This document shows, piece after piece, positions 23,013-34,060 of a stretch of 64,000 bases of DNA (position 1 is the first letter of the stretch; each line of letters starts with the position of its first letter). The DNA lies in contig NW_003314270.1 in the NCBI RefSeq assembly GCF_000143415.4, positions 1,853,048 to 1,917,047 on the forward strand, read 5' to 3'. The translations under genes were made by a program, and so were the position numbers. The stretch is from Selaginella moellendorffii (taxonomy: Eukaryota > Plantae > Lycopodiophyta). The notes under the pieces were generated by a model that was given only the letters and a program-made list of their open reading frames with translations, was not told where the DNA came from and did not search any database.

Positions 23013-25581
23013 ATGTTCGGTGGGAGCGGCAGCTCCAAGGCGACGAAATGGTGAGTGTTCTTCTTTCTCGTCTTGGGATTTCTTGAGAATTTCTTCCATG
23101 GCTGCTCCGCAGCAAGACGCAATTGCGACTGGTGGTGTCGCGGATCAAGATTCTACGCAACAAACGCGAAATCCAAGTCAAGCATTTGCGGCGGGATGTG
23201 GCCCAGCTCCTCCAGAACAAGCAGGATGGAAATGCACGCACTCGGGTATGGAGACTTTGGGATTTTTTCCTCTTTCGTTTTGGCCTTAAGCTCTCTCACA
23301 GGTTGAGCACGCGATTCGTGAACAAAACATGGTCGATGCCTACTCGCTCATCGAAGGATACTGTGAGTTTCTAGCGTCAAGAATCCAGAGTATCAGTGGA
23401 AAGAAGTAAGACCCCACAATTATTGGTTTCCTTTTGCGCGTTTAACACTATCTTATCCCTTTGCAGGGAATGTCCTCCGGAGCTCAAGGAGGCCATCGCC
23501 AGTTTGATTTATGCTGGACCGAGGTGTGCTGATTTGCCGGAGCTGCTGGAGATACGGTCGATTTTCAGCTCCAAGTATGGGAAGCAGTTTATCGCTACTA
23601 TAGTGGAGCTTCGTGTTGGTTGTGGAGTTGGCAAGAAGGTGAGATTTTTTTTTTCTTCAGGGGAGAGTATCCAGTAACTGGTTTCACTTTTTGTTTGTAC
23701 GTGTAGATTGTGGAGAAGCTATCAACACAACCTCTCACTGCAGCCATGAAGCTAAACTTCATGGCTGAAGTTGCGAAGGAGCACAACGTGAATTGGCAGC
23801 CCGCGGACTTGTCTCTTCCTGCCGAGGCACCTGATACACCTCCGAAACAACAACAAAAGCCTACGGTAAGCACGCTTTTCTTCTTCTGTTTCAATGCCTA
23901 TGCCTATAATCTGCTCAATGTGGTGTCACATCAGCAACCGCAGCAAACCAACAGTAGCAGCTCTCCAACGTCGCCGCTTGACAAAAGACCTGCTATTCCT
24001 GCCGCTCAACCGGCCGTTCAGCCGGCCCGTGTTCAACAAGAGTCCAAGTCCGATTCTGACGACGATGAACCTGTTTCAAAGCCTTCCGCATCTCGTCCCG
24101 TTCAAAAACCCGGCCATCAGCAACAGTTCATTCCGTTCGTTCCACCAACTCCAGCGGCAACAGTGAGTAGCGTTCTAGATCCTTACGCACAGTACACAAA
24201 AGGGATTGTCAATCCTTACGCTCACAAAGCTGCACCGCCCCCACCACCTCCACCGCCACCGCCACCACCACAGCAAATGACTGATGATCCTTACAGCGAG
24301 TACAGAAAGCAGTTCAGTGGGAATCATGCCTACGCAGACGTTGCAACTGCCGCGGAAGCCGCTGCTCAGTCTGCTGATCATGCTGCTGCGGCTGCTCGAG
24401 CTGCTGCAACTCTTGCTCACAAGCATCTCTCGCGGGAGACTTCAATGACTTCAGAAGCGGATCAGGGAAAAGCTCGGGTCAGGGAACTCGACTTGGTGGC
24501 GAATCTGGAGGATAGAGTAGCATCCTACATCAGAGCCCATGCAAACGATACGGATTCGTCGGAATGGGAAACTCCGACTCCACTGGCAAAGCAGCAATCC
24601 TCGCCGATATTGAACCCAAGCAGGAACTTGCAGGGAGAAGCGGAAGTAGCTGAAAGACATCGTTCAATCAGAAAGTCCCATACCACTGATGGGATTAACA
24701 TGGAAGAGCATCAAAGATGGAGGCATACCACAGGTGATGAAAATGACCTCAGTCCAGTGAAGCAGAAGGCGGGTAGTCCTCTTGGAATGCGAACTGGCCA
24801 TTTCGACAACAGCTTGTTTAGAAGTGAGCCCGCCGAGAAGAAAGAGGAGGCGGGGAGTCCTCTTGGAAAGCCAGTGTTTGATCACTTTGGCGGTACAGAG
24901 GAGAATCGGAGCTCCAGCTGGATGTCAGGATCTTCTTATGACAATCGGCCAGTATATGATCATTCGAGGCCAACAAGATACGACGAAGAACCCGAGCAAA
25001 CTTTCAACAGAAGAGCAGAAGCATTAGCAAATCGGCCTTCTTATGATCATCAGCGCGATGAGATCAAGCTCAAGCCAGTTTTTGATGAAGCTCCAGCGGC
25101 AGCGCCAGTGGTTTCCAGACTGGATTCGTTCACTCTAAACATGGAGACGATGCACGGGAGCGTCCTGTCCAGAACCGAGAAGCTGTTCGAGAAAGAAGAC
25201 TCGGATCACTCGTCTCCAGCGCCGAGATCGAGCCGGCGAGCCCGATCAAACTTCCGGAGAAGCTTTGACGTCGATGATTCGGGAGAGGAAGAAGAGTCAA
25301 GCACCAGCTTTGAGAGTGAAGCCAAACCGGCACCATCGTCCATTCCCGCGGCTCCATCTCAAGAACAACAGCCATCATCGTCGCCATGGCGATCGCGACC
25401 TCCTCCAACTCGCCCGCCTCCAACGCTCCATCTCCAGCAAACCGAGAATCTCGATCCCAGTGGCAAGCACCTGGATGTCCAGAAGCAATTCCACGGTCAC
25501 AGCGAGCAGTCATTGCCGCCACCGCCATCGATGAGGACGCACAGGCTCGGTGGAGCAAGCGTTAGAACACGACGCACGTAA
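23013..25581 (+). CDS. IST1-like protein (regulator of Vps4, DUF292) with long Pro-rich tail
   Basis: KCKTQLRLVVSRIKILRNKR, ARTRVEHAIREQN, ECPPELKEAIASLIYAGPRCADLPEL. Confidence 0.9.
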
Positions 25582-25657
25582 ATATGTGTAGCAAATTTGA
25601 GATTTTTAAAATTTGAAAATTAGCGCGCGAACCCCTGCATTTAGGGTTCTTTCTCTG

Positions 25658-26098
25658 CTAGAGGAGAGAGGCGACCAATTCGTCCTCGGCGTGCGTGATG
25701 ACGACCAAATCGCTTGTTGGGTAGGCGATGCAAGTGAGCACGAAGCCCTGATCGATGTGCTCGTAGCCCATAAACGCATTTCCGCCCTGATCCACGCTGC
25801 CCATCTCTAGTTTTCCTGCGCAAGCAGGGCAAGATCCTGCGCGGCAGAAGAATGGGAGCTCCAAGTTCGCATCCTCGGCGGCGTCCAGGATGCTCTTATC
25901 GTCAGGGCAAGAGATCATCTTCTCACCTAGGGGCATTTTCAACAAGACTCTGTATGCTGTCGCTCGGATCGCAAAAGAGGGCTTTAATCGCTCCCTGCGG
26001 CTTTGGAGTTCGATCCCAATGGCAGCTCTTCGGCGAAGATCGAGGCCCAGATTGGAAAACACAGTTCCAGGATGATCGCGCAATGCCAGTGCTGCCAT
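25658..26098 (-). CDS. Plant-type [2Fe-2S] ferredoxin with transit peptide
   Basis: CRAGSCPAC...[11 protein letters not shown]; ILDAAED; intronless; ATG at 26098. Confidence 0.92.
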   Translation of the reverse strand: MAALALRDHPGTVFSNLGLDLRRRAAIGIELQSRRERLKPSFAIRATAYRVLLKMPLGEKMISCPDDKSILDAAEDANLELPFFCRAGSCPACAGKLEMGSVDQGGNAFMGYEHIDQGFVLTCIAYPTSDLVVITHAEDELVASLL

Positions 26099-26255
26099 GA
26101 GCCAAATGAAGGTTAGGATTTTTTCTGGGCGAGTTCTTGACCATACGCGTGGCAAGCTGCCAAGCCATACACGTGTACCAATGCTAACTTACTTGAAGAA
26201 CCCTAAAGTTTTAGCCGTAAAAGCCCTAAGGTTTTTGGCGCAGAGTTCTTGGAGA

Positions 26256-27191
26256 ATGGCGGTGCCGAATCCAAAGACGGCGCTCTATGTCGGTAAGCGC
26301 GACTGCTCCGGTGTGTTTGATCGCGTGTGTTTCTTCCGGGATTTTTGGACAACAGGAGGCTTGGATGAGAATGTGAACGAGGAGGTTCTCCACGCGGCTT
26401 TCATTCCGTTTGGCGACATCAAGGACGTGACAATGCCGCTGGATCAAGGCACGCAAAAGCACCGGGGCTTTGGATTCGTCACGTATTTGGAGAGGGACGA
26501 TGCAGCGGCTGCCATGGACAACATGCACAACTCGGAGCTCTTTGGCAAAGTGTTGACGGTGAATTACGCGCAGCCCATGAAGATCAAGGGAGGAGAACAG
26601 GGCTGGGCATCTCAACCAAGTGAGTTTTCTTCCATTTCCTTTCTTCCTCGGTTATTTGTCGTTAGATTGAGGTACACATTTATTTGGAATATCTTCCTTT
26701 AGGTGGATTTAGATTTCTTTTCTTTTTCTTCACGAGTTCTTCATTCTTATAAGAAGCCAGTTGTTTTCTCTTCTCTACTTCTCTTGCGTTTGGTTCACTA
26801 CATACTTTGTTTGTCAGTTCTTTCTCTCAACTATTACTTTTCCTCTTGTCTCTTTGATTTTTCTTTGCTATTTGTTTCACGACAGCTTCGTCTTACCTTG
26901 TTGATTTGGAATTCTATCTTTGCAGTTTGGGCGGATGCCGATACGTGGTTTGAGCGTCAACAGCGGGAGCTAGAGATGAAGAAGCTCAAGGCCGAGCAGG
27001 ATGCGACAGTCAAGGCAGCTCAAGAGGCTGAGAGAAAGAAGCTCTTGGATGCCCTCGAGGGAGAAGTGGAAGAACCAGAAGAGCCAGAAGTCACAATGCC
27101 TGTTGACCCTGCGATCATGCAGGGGACGCAAGAAGCAGAGGTCCCTTGGTATGCATTCTTTTTATCTTGTGTCCTTGCTTTCGGTGTCTGA
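26256..27191 (+). CDS. RRM protein, CYP33/PPIE-RRM-like (Arabidopsis ATE1-like); exact 3' end uncertain
   Basis: [64 protein letters not shown]. Confidence 0.88.
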
Positions 27192-28133
27192 TCTTTCCCT
27201 TACAGAGCAGAACAGTGTACTTCTCTTCTGGATTATCTGGAAACTGCAGGTAGTTTGACTTTTTAGTTATTCGGTGTTTGATGAATGTTGTCAGGTCTTT
27301 CACGTTCCTATGAAAAAAAAAGGAGCATTGTATGAGTGGGTCAGAAGTGAAGGTCAGTATGGGTCGGCTGGAAGATTGACGACCTTTGGAGGACTTGGAG
27401 GACATGCACTTCTCACGGCAGTTGTGGATGTATAGGTTGAGTAGCTCCTTCTGCTTCAGCCACTGTTTCTGGAGAACAGCCGAAATCTGTGGAGAACAGA
27501 CAATGTGAAAGTTTGTATGGGAGAGAAAAAGCAAACTCTGATCTATCGGATCTTAGAGAAGTAGCGCTATGTGTTGTCAACAAGAGCAGTAGCTGCAGCC
27601 TCAGTGCCATTACCTTTGCTTTTCTTTAGAACTATCTTTTCTTCCAACCTTTGAGGGGATGAGCGAGTTATTTTATACACACAGTATAGTTCTAGGCACG
27701 CCTAAAGTCCTCGGGCAATACCCTGAAGATTCACCAGTCAAGGAGGTTGTCAAGAAGGTTTCTTTGATCGAACGGACAACCAAGGAATAGTGGAAAGAAT
27801 TTATAAAACTGGATTGAAGCAAATGGCTCTCAAAGAAATCAATTGAAATCTTTAACACTATAGTCTTGTGATCAAGAAACTATTTATAAGAAGCAAGGAC
27901 ACGAGAGAAAAGATCCATTTCTTGTGTTTCTTGCATGATCACTGTATCTACAAACTTCCACTTCTCCCTCCAACTCATAACACATTTTCAGGGTGGCCAT
28001 TGTAGCTGATTGAGCAACGCCATAATTACCATCGGATTATAAAAAAATAGTTTCTTGATTCTGAAACTGTTTTTTTCTCTTTCTTAGTCTTGTGGTCAAG
28101 AGTCAGAGTTTATTTATTTGGTTGATTATGCGT

Positions 28134-28622
28134 TTAACATGTTTTTATGCAGTGAATCGGCGACGATGGCCCTGAATCCAGCCGGCCTCCAAATGTGTTA
28201 CGAGTTGGAGGAGGGCCTGGAACGATCTTTCCATTTGAAGGAGTTCCAGATCTCACAGCTTGCTTGGTGTCAATGCTTGGAGGAGATCCATTTTCGAATG
28301 CACTAACGTGTTTTGGTCCTGGGTGGATAGGCGAGCTCCTCCGTTTGATCACTGCTGGGAGCATAGGCGAGCTACTTTCTTTATTCACTGCTGGGTGTAT
28401 AGGCGAGCTCTTTCCTTTGATCACTGTTGTCACTACCGGGATCTCAAGAGCCTGCGAGAGCTGGACTGTGAAATCCTGCAAGAGTTTACGATGATGCCGT
28501 GCTCCTGCTTCATCAGCAGAAGAAACGAGAGAAGCAGCAGAAGCTCCAACGTGTTCCTGGTGAATTTCTCCAGCCAGGAGCAGCAGCAGCAGCAGCAGCT
28601 GGAAGATCAGACGAGTTTCCAT
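28134..28622 (-). CDS. Secreted small-peptide precursor (SSPIH-repeat family), copy B, 162 aa
   Basis: Signal peptide, RHHRKLLQ, three 12-aa repeats, C-terminus RLDSGPSSPIHCIKTC. Confidence 0.7.
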   Translation of the reverse strand: METRLIFQLLLLLLLLAGEIHQEHVGASAASLVSSADEAGARHHRKLLQDFTVQLSQALEIPVVTTVIKGKSSPIHPAVNKESSSPMLPAVIKRRSSPIHPGPKHVSAFENGSPPSIDTKQAVRSGTPSNGKIVPGPPPTRNTFGGRLDSGPSSPIHCIKTC

Positions 28623-28950
28623 GATCCGACACTTCCGAGCGCTTTTGCTTTGATCTCCTCCAACTCTGGACAACGTTTGTTCTTCCTGTTCAAATGGAAT
28701 CGCTTGCTCTCTCCAACTTTTGCTGGACTTCCAGTTCCAATGGGATCGCAGCTTTTGCTCTTCCCGTTCCAATGGGATTGCTTCTTCTCACTTGGAGATA
28801 CCCCAGCTTCATTAATGACTTTTATACACGGCTCCATCCGTCCCGGAAAAACTTTGAAAAATCATCCGTCAAAAACACGCTGTTTCGTTTGAACGAGAAT
28901 CTCGTTCCCTCCCGGTGAAACAAAAACATTCCTGAACTTTGAATCCTCGC

Positions 28951-29905
28951 CTACGAACGAAAGTAACAAGGCGACGTATGGAAGTTGTAGAGCAAAACGG
29001 AGAAAGTCTCCAGCTCGTGTAAGTCAAGTCCATCTCTCGCTACTTCTTTCCCCGATGCTGCCCAAACGAAACTCGTCCACAGTAGCGTGTCCGCCTCGTA
29101 TGGCATGTGTAGAATGTGATCCATGGCGAGAGATGGCGGATCGCTACTCATACCATTTGGCTCGTATGGCATGTGTAGTCGTGGATGTGGCCACACTGCC
29201 CCATGGCGTGGACCATGCAGCTGTAGTGCTCCCGTGGCGGTCCGACCAAAGTCAAATTTCGTTGACCTCCACCTGGCGCTGCCGGGGCTCCCCGTTGACT
29301 TATGGCGACCAGGGTGGCGGTCATCGTGATGCAGTCGGGTGGCACTGTGAGGAGCATCTCGTGAAACAGGGAGAGCGCCTCATGGGACATTGGGTGGTTA
29401 GTAAGCGCCAAGCATTGCGTTCCTCCATGTTGTCAAACAGATTCTTTGCCTGCTAGCACTGTGAATATGCAGAGAGCATCGTGTTCCAGGACGTGAGGTC
29501 CTTCTGCGGCATTGTATGAAACAAGAATTGAGCGTTTTCAAGATGCCCAATTTTGGGCATATGCCGCGAGCATTCACAACGTTGTAGCAGTTAAATAGGG
29601 ACCGACTCTCCATTCATGGACACAAGCAAAGAAACCAGAGAAATCAAGAGAGATCAACATCTGAACCACCACAACACACTACAGAACACCATCCAGCGCC
29701 CATCACTTCTCTCCTGCCATCCTCTCTCTCCAACCAAGAACTCAACCGTCGGTTAAGGTTCGACTAAACTACCTTACGCTCCTTTATTCTGAGAAACAGC
29801 CATCAACGTGGCCCTTTCTAGGCATATGTCGTTAGAATGGTGTTCCACGTCAGTAGGCTCCCGGGGCAGTGTCGAAGAAGTCCAGCCGCACTCTGGCCAT
29901 TTGTT
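28951..29905 (-). pseudogene. 3' remnant of the PLS-PPR gene, interrupted by an insertion
   Basis: Matches 34061-34860 with deletions; same lesions as 9490-10223. Confidence 0.85.
29583..29773. mobile_element. About 190-bp insertion, solo-LTR/TRIM-like
   Basis: Absent from both paralogous PPR segments; starts TGTAG, ends CTAC(C), internal TTAAATAG; no clear TSD. Confidence 0.45.
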
Positions 29906-29938
29906 GACATTCATTCCAACCCTAAAGTTTCTTGGAGA

Positions 29939-30805
29939 ATGGCGGCGCCGAATCCAAAGACGGCGCCGGTGCTATCGTGTGTTTGATCGCATTGTTTCTT
30001 CCGAGATTTTTGGACAACGAGAATGTGAACGAGGGGATTCTCCACGTGGTTTCATTCCGTTTGGCGACATCAAGGACGTGACAATGCCCCTGAATCAAGG
30101 GACGATGGGGCGGCGGCCATGGACAACATGCACAACTCGGAGCTCTTTCGCTAAGTGTTGACGGTGAATTACCCGCAGCCCATGAAGATCAAGGGAAGAA
30201 CAGGGCTGGGCATCTCAACCAAGTGAGTTTTCTCTTCCATTTCCCTTCTTCCTCGTTTTTTTTTGCGTTAGAGTATATGGATTTGCTGAAGATTTCTTTT
30301 CTTTTTCTTCTTGTTCTTCGTTCTTCATTCCTATAGGAAGTCAATTGTTTTCTCTTTTCTACTTCTCTTGCCTTTGGTTCACTAGATACTTTGTTTGTCA
30401 GTTCTTTCTCTAAACTATTACTTTTCTTCTTGTCTCTTTGATTTTTCTTTGCCATTTGTTTCACGACAGCTTCGTCTTACCTTGTTGATTTGGAATTCTA
30501 TCTTTGCAGTTTTGGCCGATGCCGAGCGACAGCAGCGGGAGCTAGAGATGAAGAAGCTCAAGGCCGAGCAGGATGCCACGGTCAAGGCGGTGCAAGAGGC
30601 CGAGAGGAAGAAGCTCTTGGATGCCCTCGAGGGAGAAGTGGAAGAACCGGAAGAGCCTGAAACTACCATGCCTGTAGATCCTGCAATCTTGCAAGAAACG
30701 CAAGAAGTGGAGGTCCTTTGGTATGCTTTCTTTTCTCTCGTGTCCTTGGTCTTTCCCTTACAGAGCAAAATAGTGTGCAGAAATCTGGAACTGGAGGTAG
30801 TTTGA
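29939..30805 (+). pseudogene. Pseudogene of the RRM gene
   Basis: Matches 26256-27260 with frameshifting deletions that remove RNP1. Confidence 0.85.
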
Positions 30806-31628
30806 TCTGTAAGGAAATCTTTCTAGTTATACAGTGTTGATGAAAAAAAGGGAGCATTTTTTATGAGTGGGTCAGAAGTGAAGGTCGGTAAAAGAATGAG
30901 TTCCTTCTGATAAAATCAGCTGCCGATGGTCCTAGAGGATGTATGGGCCGGCTAAAAGCTATGTCACTAAGAGGGCCCAGAATGATGACCTTTGGAGGAC
31001 TTGGAGGACAACGGCGGCTGTGAATGTATAGGTTGGCTGGCTCCGTAGTATTTCTCGCTTCTGCAAGAGCTTACGGTGGTGCGAGCTTGCTCCTTGGCAA
31101 GAAGAATCAGAACGAGCAGTGGCAGCTCCTCTTTGATCTGCAGTAAAGAGCAGCAAGTGGGGAAAGGCCATGGGTTCAAAAGAACTCATACATTCGCTTA
31201 AGGATAAATGCTTGAAAACTTAACTTTGGCTACTTTTGCACTTTCTTATGGATAAAGTTACTGCAGCCAATGCTCTCGCACTGACTTAAGAACAAGCGAA
31301 ATCTGTGGAGAACAAACAAAGTGAAAGTTTGTATGGACAAGAAGAAGCACTGATCTATCGGATCTTAGAGAAGCAGTGTTGTGTGTTAAGAGCAGGAACA
31401 GCAGCTTCAGTCGATCAAGATGCTTTGCTTTAGAACTATCTCTACTTCCACCTTTGCCGTGATGAGTTCTGGGCGTGTGGAAAGTCCTTGGTCAAGGAGG
31501 TTGTCAAGGAGGTTTCTTTGATCGAACAGGCAACCAAGGAATTCCAAAGCAGGTCCACGGATTCTTTAAGAAAAAGCAAGATGGAAACAAGGAACTAGAG
31601 AAGAAAAATATATGAGCAGGATAGGTTT

Positions 31629-32221
31629 TCATGAAGATCAAGGGAGGAGAACAGGGCTGGGCATCTCAACCAAGTGAGTTTTCTTCCATTTCCTTTCTTC
31701 CTTGTTTTTTTGTCATTAGATTAAGGTACACATTATTTCCTTTAGGTGGATTTAGATTTCTTTTCTTTTTCTTCACAAGTTCCTCATTCCTATAAGAAGT
31801 CAGTTGTTTTATCTTTTCTACTTCTCTTGCCTTTGGTTCACTAGATACTTTGTTTGTCAGTACTTTCTCTCAACTATTATTTTTCTTCTTGTCTCTTTGA
31901 TTTTGCTTTGCTATTTGTTTCGTCGTCTTACTTTGTTGGAATTCTATCTTTGCAGTTTGGGCGGATGCCGAAACGTGGTTTGAGCGTCAACAGCAGGGGC
32001 TAGAGATGAAGAAGCTCAAGGCCGAGCAGGATGCGACAGTCAAGGCAGCTCAAGAGGCTGAGAGAAAGAAGCTCTTGGATGCCCTCGAGGGAGAAGTGGA
32101 AGAACCAGAAGAGCCAGAAGTCACAATGCCTTTTGACCCTGCGATCATGCAAGGGACGCAAGAAGCAGAGGTCCCTTGGTATGCATTCTTTTTATCTTGT
32201 GTCCTTGCTTTCGGTGTCTGA
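31629..32221 (+). pseudogene. 5'-truncated copy of the RRM gene
   Basis: Begins at ATGAAGATCAAGGG (equivalent to 26577); retains the intron and last exon. Confidence 0.82.
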
Positions 32222-33266
32222 TCTTTCCCTTACAGAGCAGAACAGTGTACTTCTCTTCTGGATTATCTGGAACTGCAGGTAGTTTGATCTGTAAGGAAAC
32301 CTTCGGTATTTGATGAATGTTGTCAGGTCTTCCACGTTCCTATGAAAAAAAAAGGAGCATTGTATGAGTGGGTCAGAAGTGAAGGTCAGTATGGGTCGGC
32401 TGGGACCTTTGGAGGACTTGGAGGACATGTACTTCTCACGGCAGTTGTGGATGTATAGGTTGAGTAGCTCCTTCTGCTTCAGCCACTGTTTCTGGAGAAC
32501 AGCCGAAATCTGTGGAGAACAAACAATGTGAAAGTTTGTATGGAAGAGAAAAAGCAAACTCTGATCTATCGGATCTTAGAGAGGCAGCGCTGTGTGTTGT
32601 TGTGAACAAGAGCAGCAGCGGCAGCTTCAGTCAATCAAGAGCCATTACCTTTTCTTTGCTTTAGAACTATCAACCTTTGCGGGGATGAGCTCTTCCTTGA
32701 GAGTTATTTTATACACATGGTATAATTCTAGGCACGTCTAAAGTCCTCGGGCAATACCCTGAAGATTCACCAGTCAAGGAGGTTGTCAAGGAGGTTTCTT
32801 CGATCGAACGGAATTCCAAAGTCAGTGATTCCCGGTTTATTGAGGAAAAAGCTTGAAGATTGAAACAAGGAACTAGAGAACAAAAATCTATGAGCGGGAT
32901 AGTGGAGCGAATTTATAAAACTGGATTGAAGCAAATGGCTCTCAAAGAAATCAATTGAATCTTTAACACTATAGTCTTGTGATCAAGAAACTATTTTATA
33001 AGAAGCAAGGACACGAGAGAAAAGATCCATTTCTTGTGTTTCTTGCATGATCACTGTATCTACAAACTTCGGGTTCTTCCGGTTAGAATTCCACTTCTCC
33101 CTCCAACTCATAACACATTTTCAGGGTGGCCATTGTAGCTGATTGAGCAACGCCATAATTACCATCGGATTATAAAAAAATAGTTTCTTGATTCTGAAAC
33201 TGTTTTTTTCTCTTTCTTAGTCTTGTGGTCAAGAATCAGAGTTTATTTATTTGGTTGATTATGCGT

Positions 33267-33764
33267 TTAACATGTTTTTATGCAGTGAATCGGCGACGAT
33301 GGCCCTGAATCCAGCCGGCCTCCAAATGTGTTACGAGTTGGAGGAGGGCCTGGAACGATCTTTCCATTTGAAGGAGTTCCAGATCTCACAGCTTGCTTGG
33401 TGTCAATGCTTGGAGGAGATCCATTTTCGAATGCACTAACGTGTTTTGGTCCTGGGTGGATAGGCGAGCTCCTCCGTTTGATCACTGCTGGGAGCATAGG
33501 CGAGCTACTTTCTTTATTCACTGCTGGGTGTATAGGCGAGCTCTTTCCTTTGACCACTGTTGTCACTACCGGGATCTCGAGATTGTAAGCCTGCGAGAGC
33601 TGGACCGTGAAATCCTGCAAGAGTTTACGATGATGCAGTGCTCCTGCTTCATCAGCAGAAGAAACGAGAGAAGCACCAGAAGCTCCAACGTGTTCCTGGT
33701 GGATTTCTCCAGCCAGGAGCAGCAGTAGCAGCAGCAGCAGCTGGAAGATTAGGCGAGTTTCCAT
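33267..33764 (-). CDS. Secreted small-peptide precursor (SSPIH-repeat family), copy C, 165 aa
   Basis: As copy B; intact frame; LHHRKLLQ. Confidence 0.7.
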   Translation of the reverse strand: METRLIFQLLLLLLLLLAGEIHQEHVGASGASLVSSADEAGALHHRKLLQDFTVQLSQAYNLEIPVVTTVVKGKSSPIHPAVNKESSSPMLPAVIKRRSSPIHPGPKHVSAFENGSPPSIDTKQAVRSGTPSNGKIVPGPPPTRNTFGGRLDSGPSSPIHCIKTC

Positions 33765-34060
33765 GCTCCGACACTTCCGAGTGCTTTTGCTTTGATCTCC
33801 TCCAACTCTGGACAACATTTGTTCTTCCTCTCTCTCCAACTTTGCTAGACTTTTGGTTCCAATGGGATCGCAACCGTTCCAATGGGATCGCTTCCTATCA
33901 CTTGGAGATACCCCAGCTTCATTAATGACTTTTATACACGGTTATTCCTCTCCATCCGTCCCGGAAAATCCTTGAACAAACATCCGTCAAAACGCTGCTT
34001 CGTTCGAACGCGTTCCTTCCCCGTGCAACAAAAACAAATTCCTGGACTTTGAATCCTCGC

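Noticed and set aside
28118-28306. ORF containing 'SESATMALN', resembling UBA-protein 'CESATMALILN'
   Set aside because: Antisense of the peptide gene; a short coincidental match
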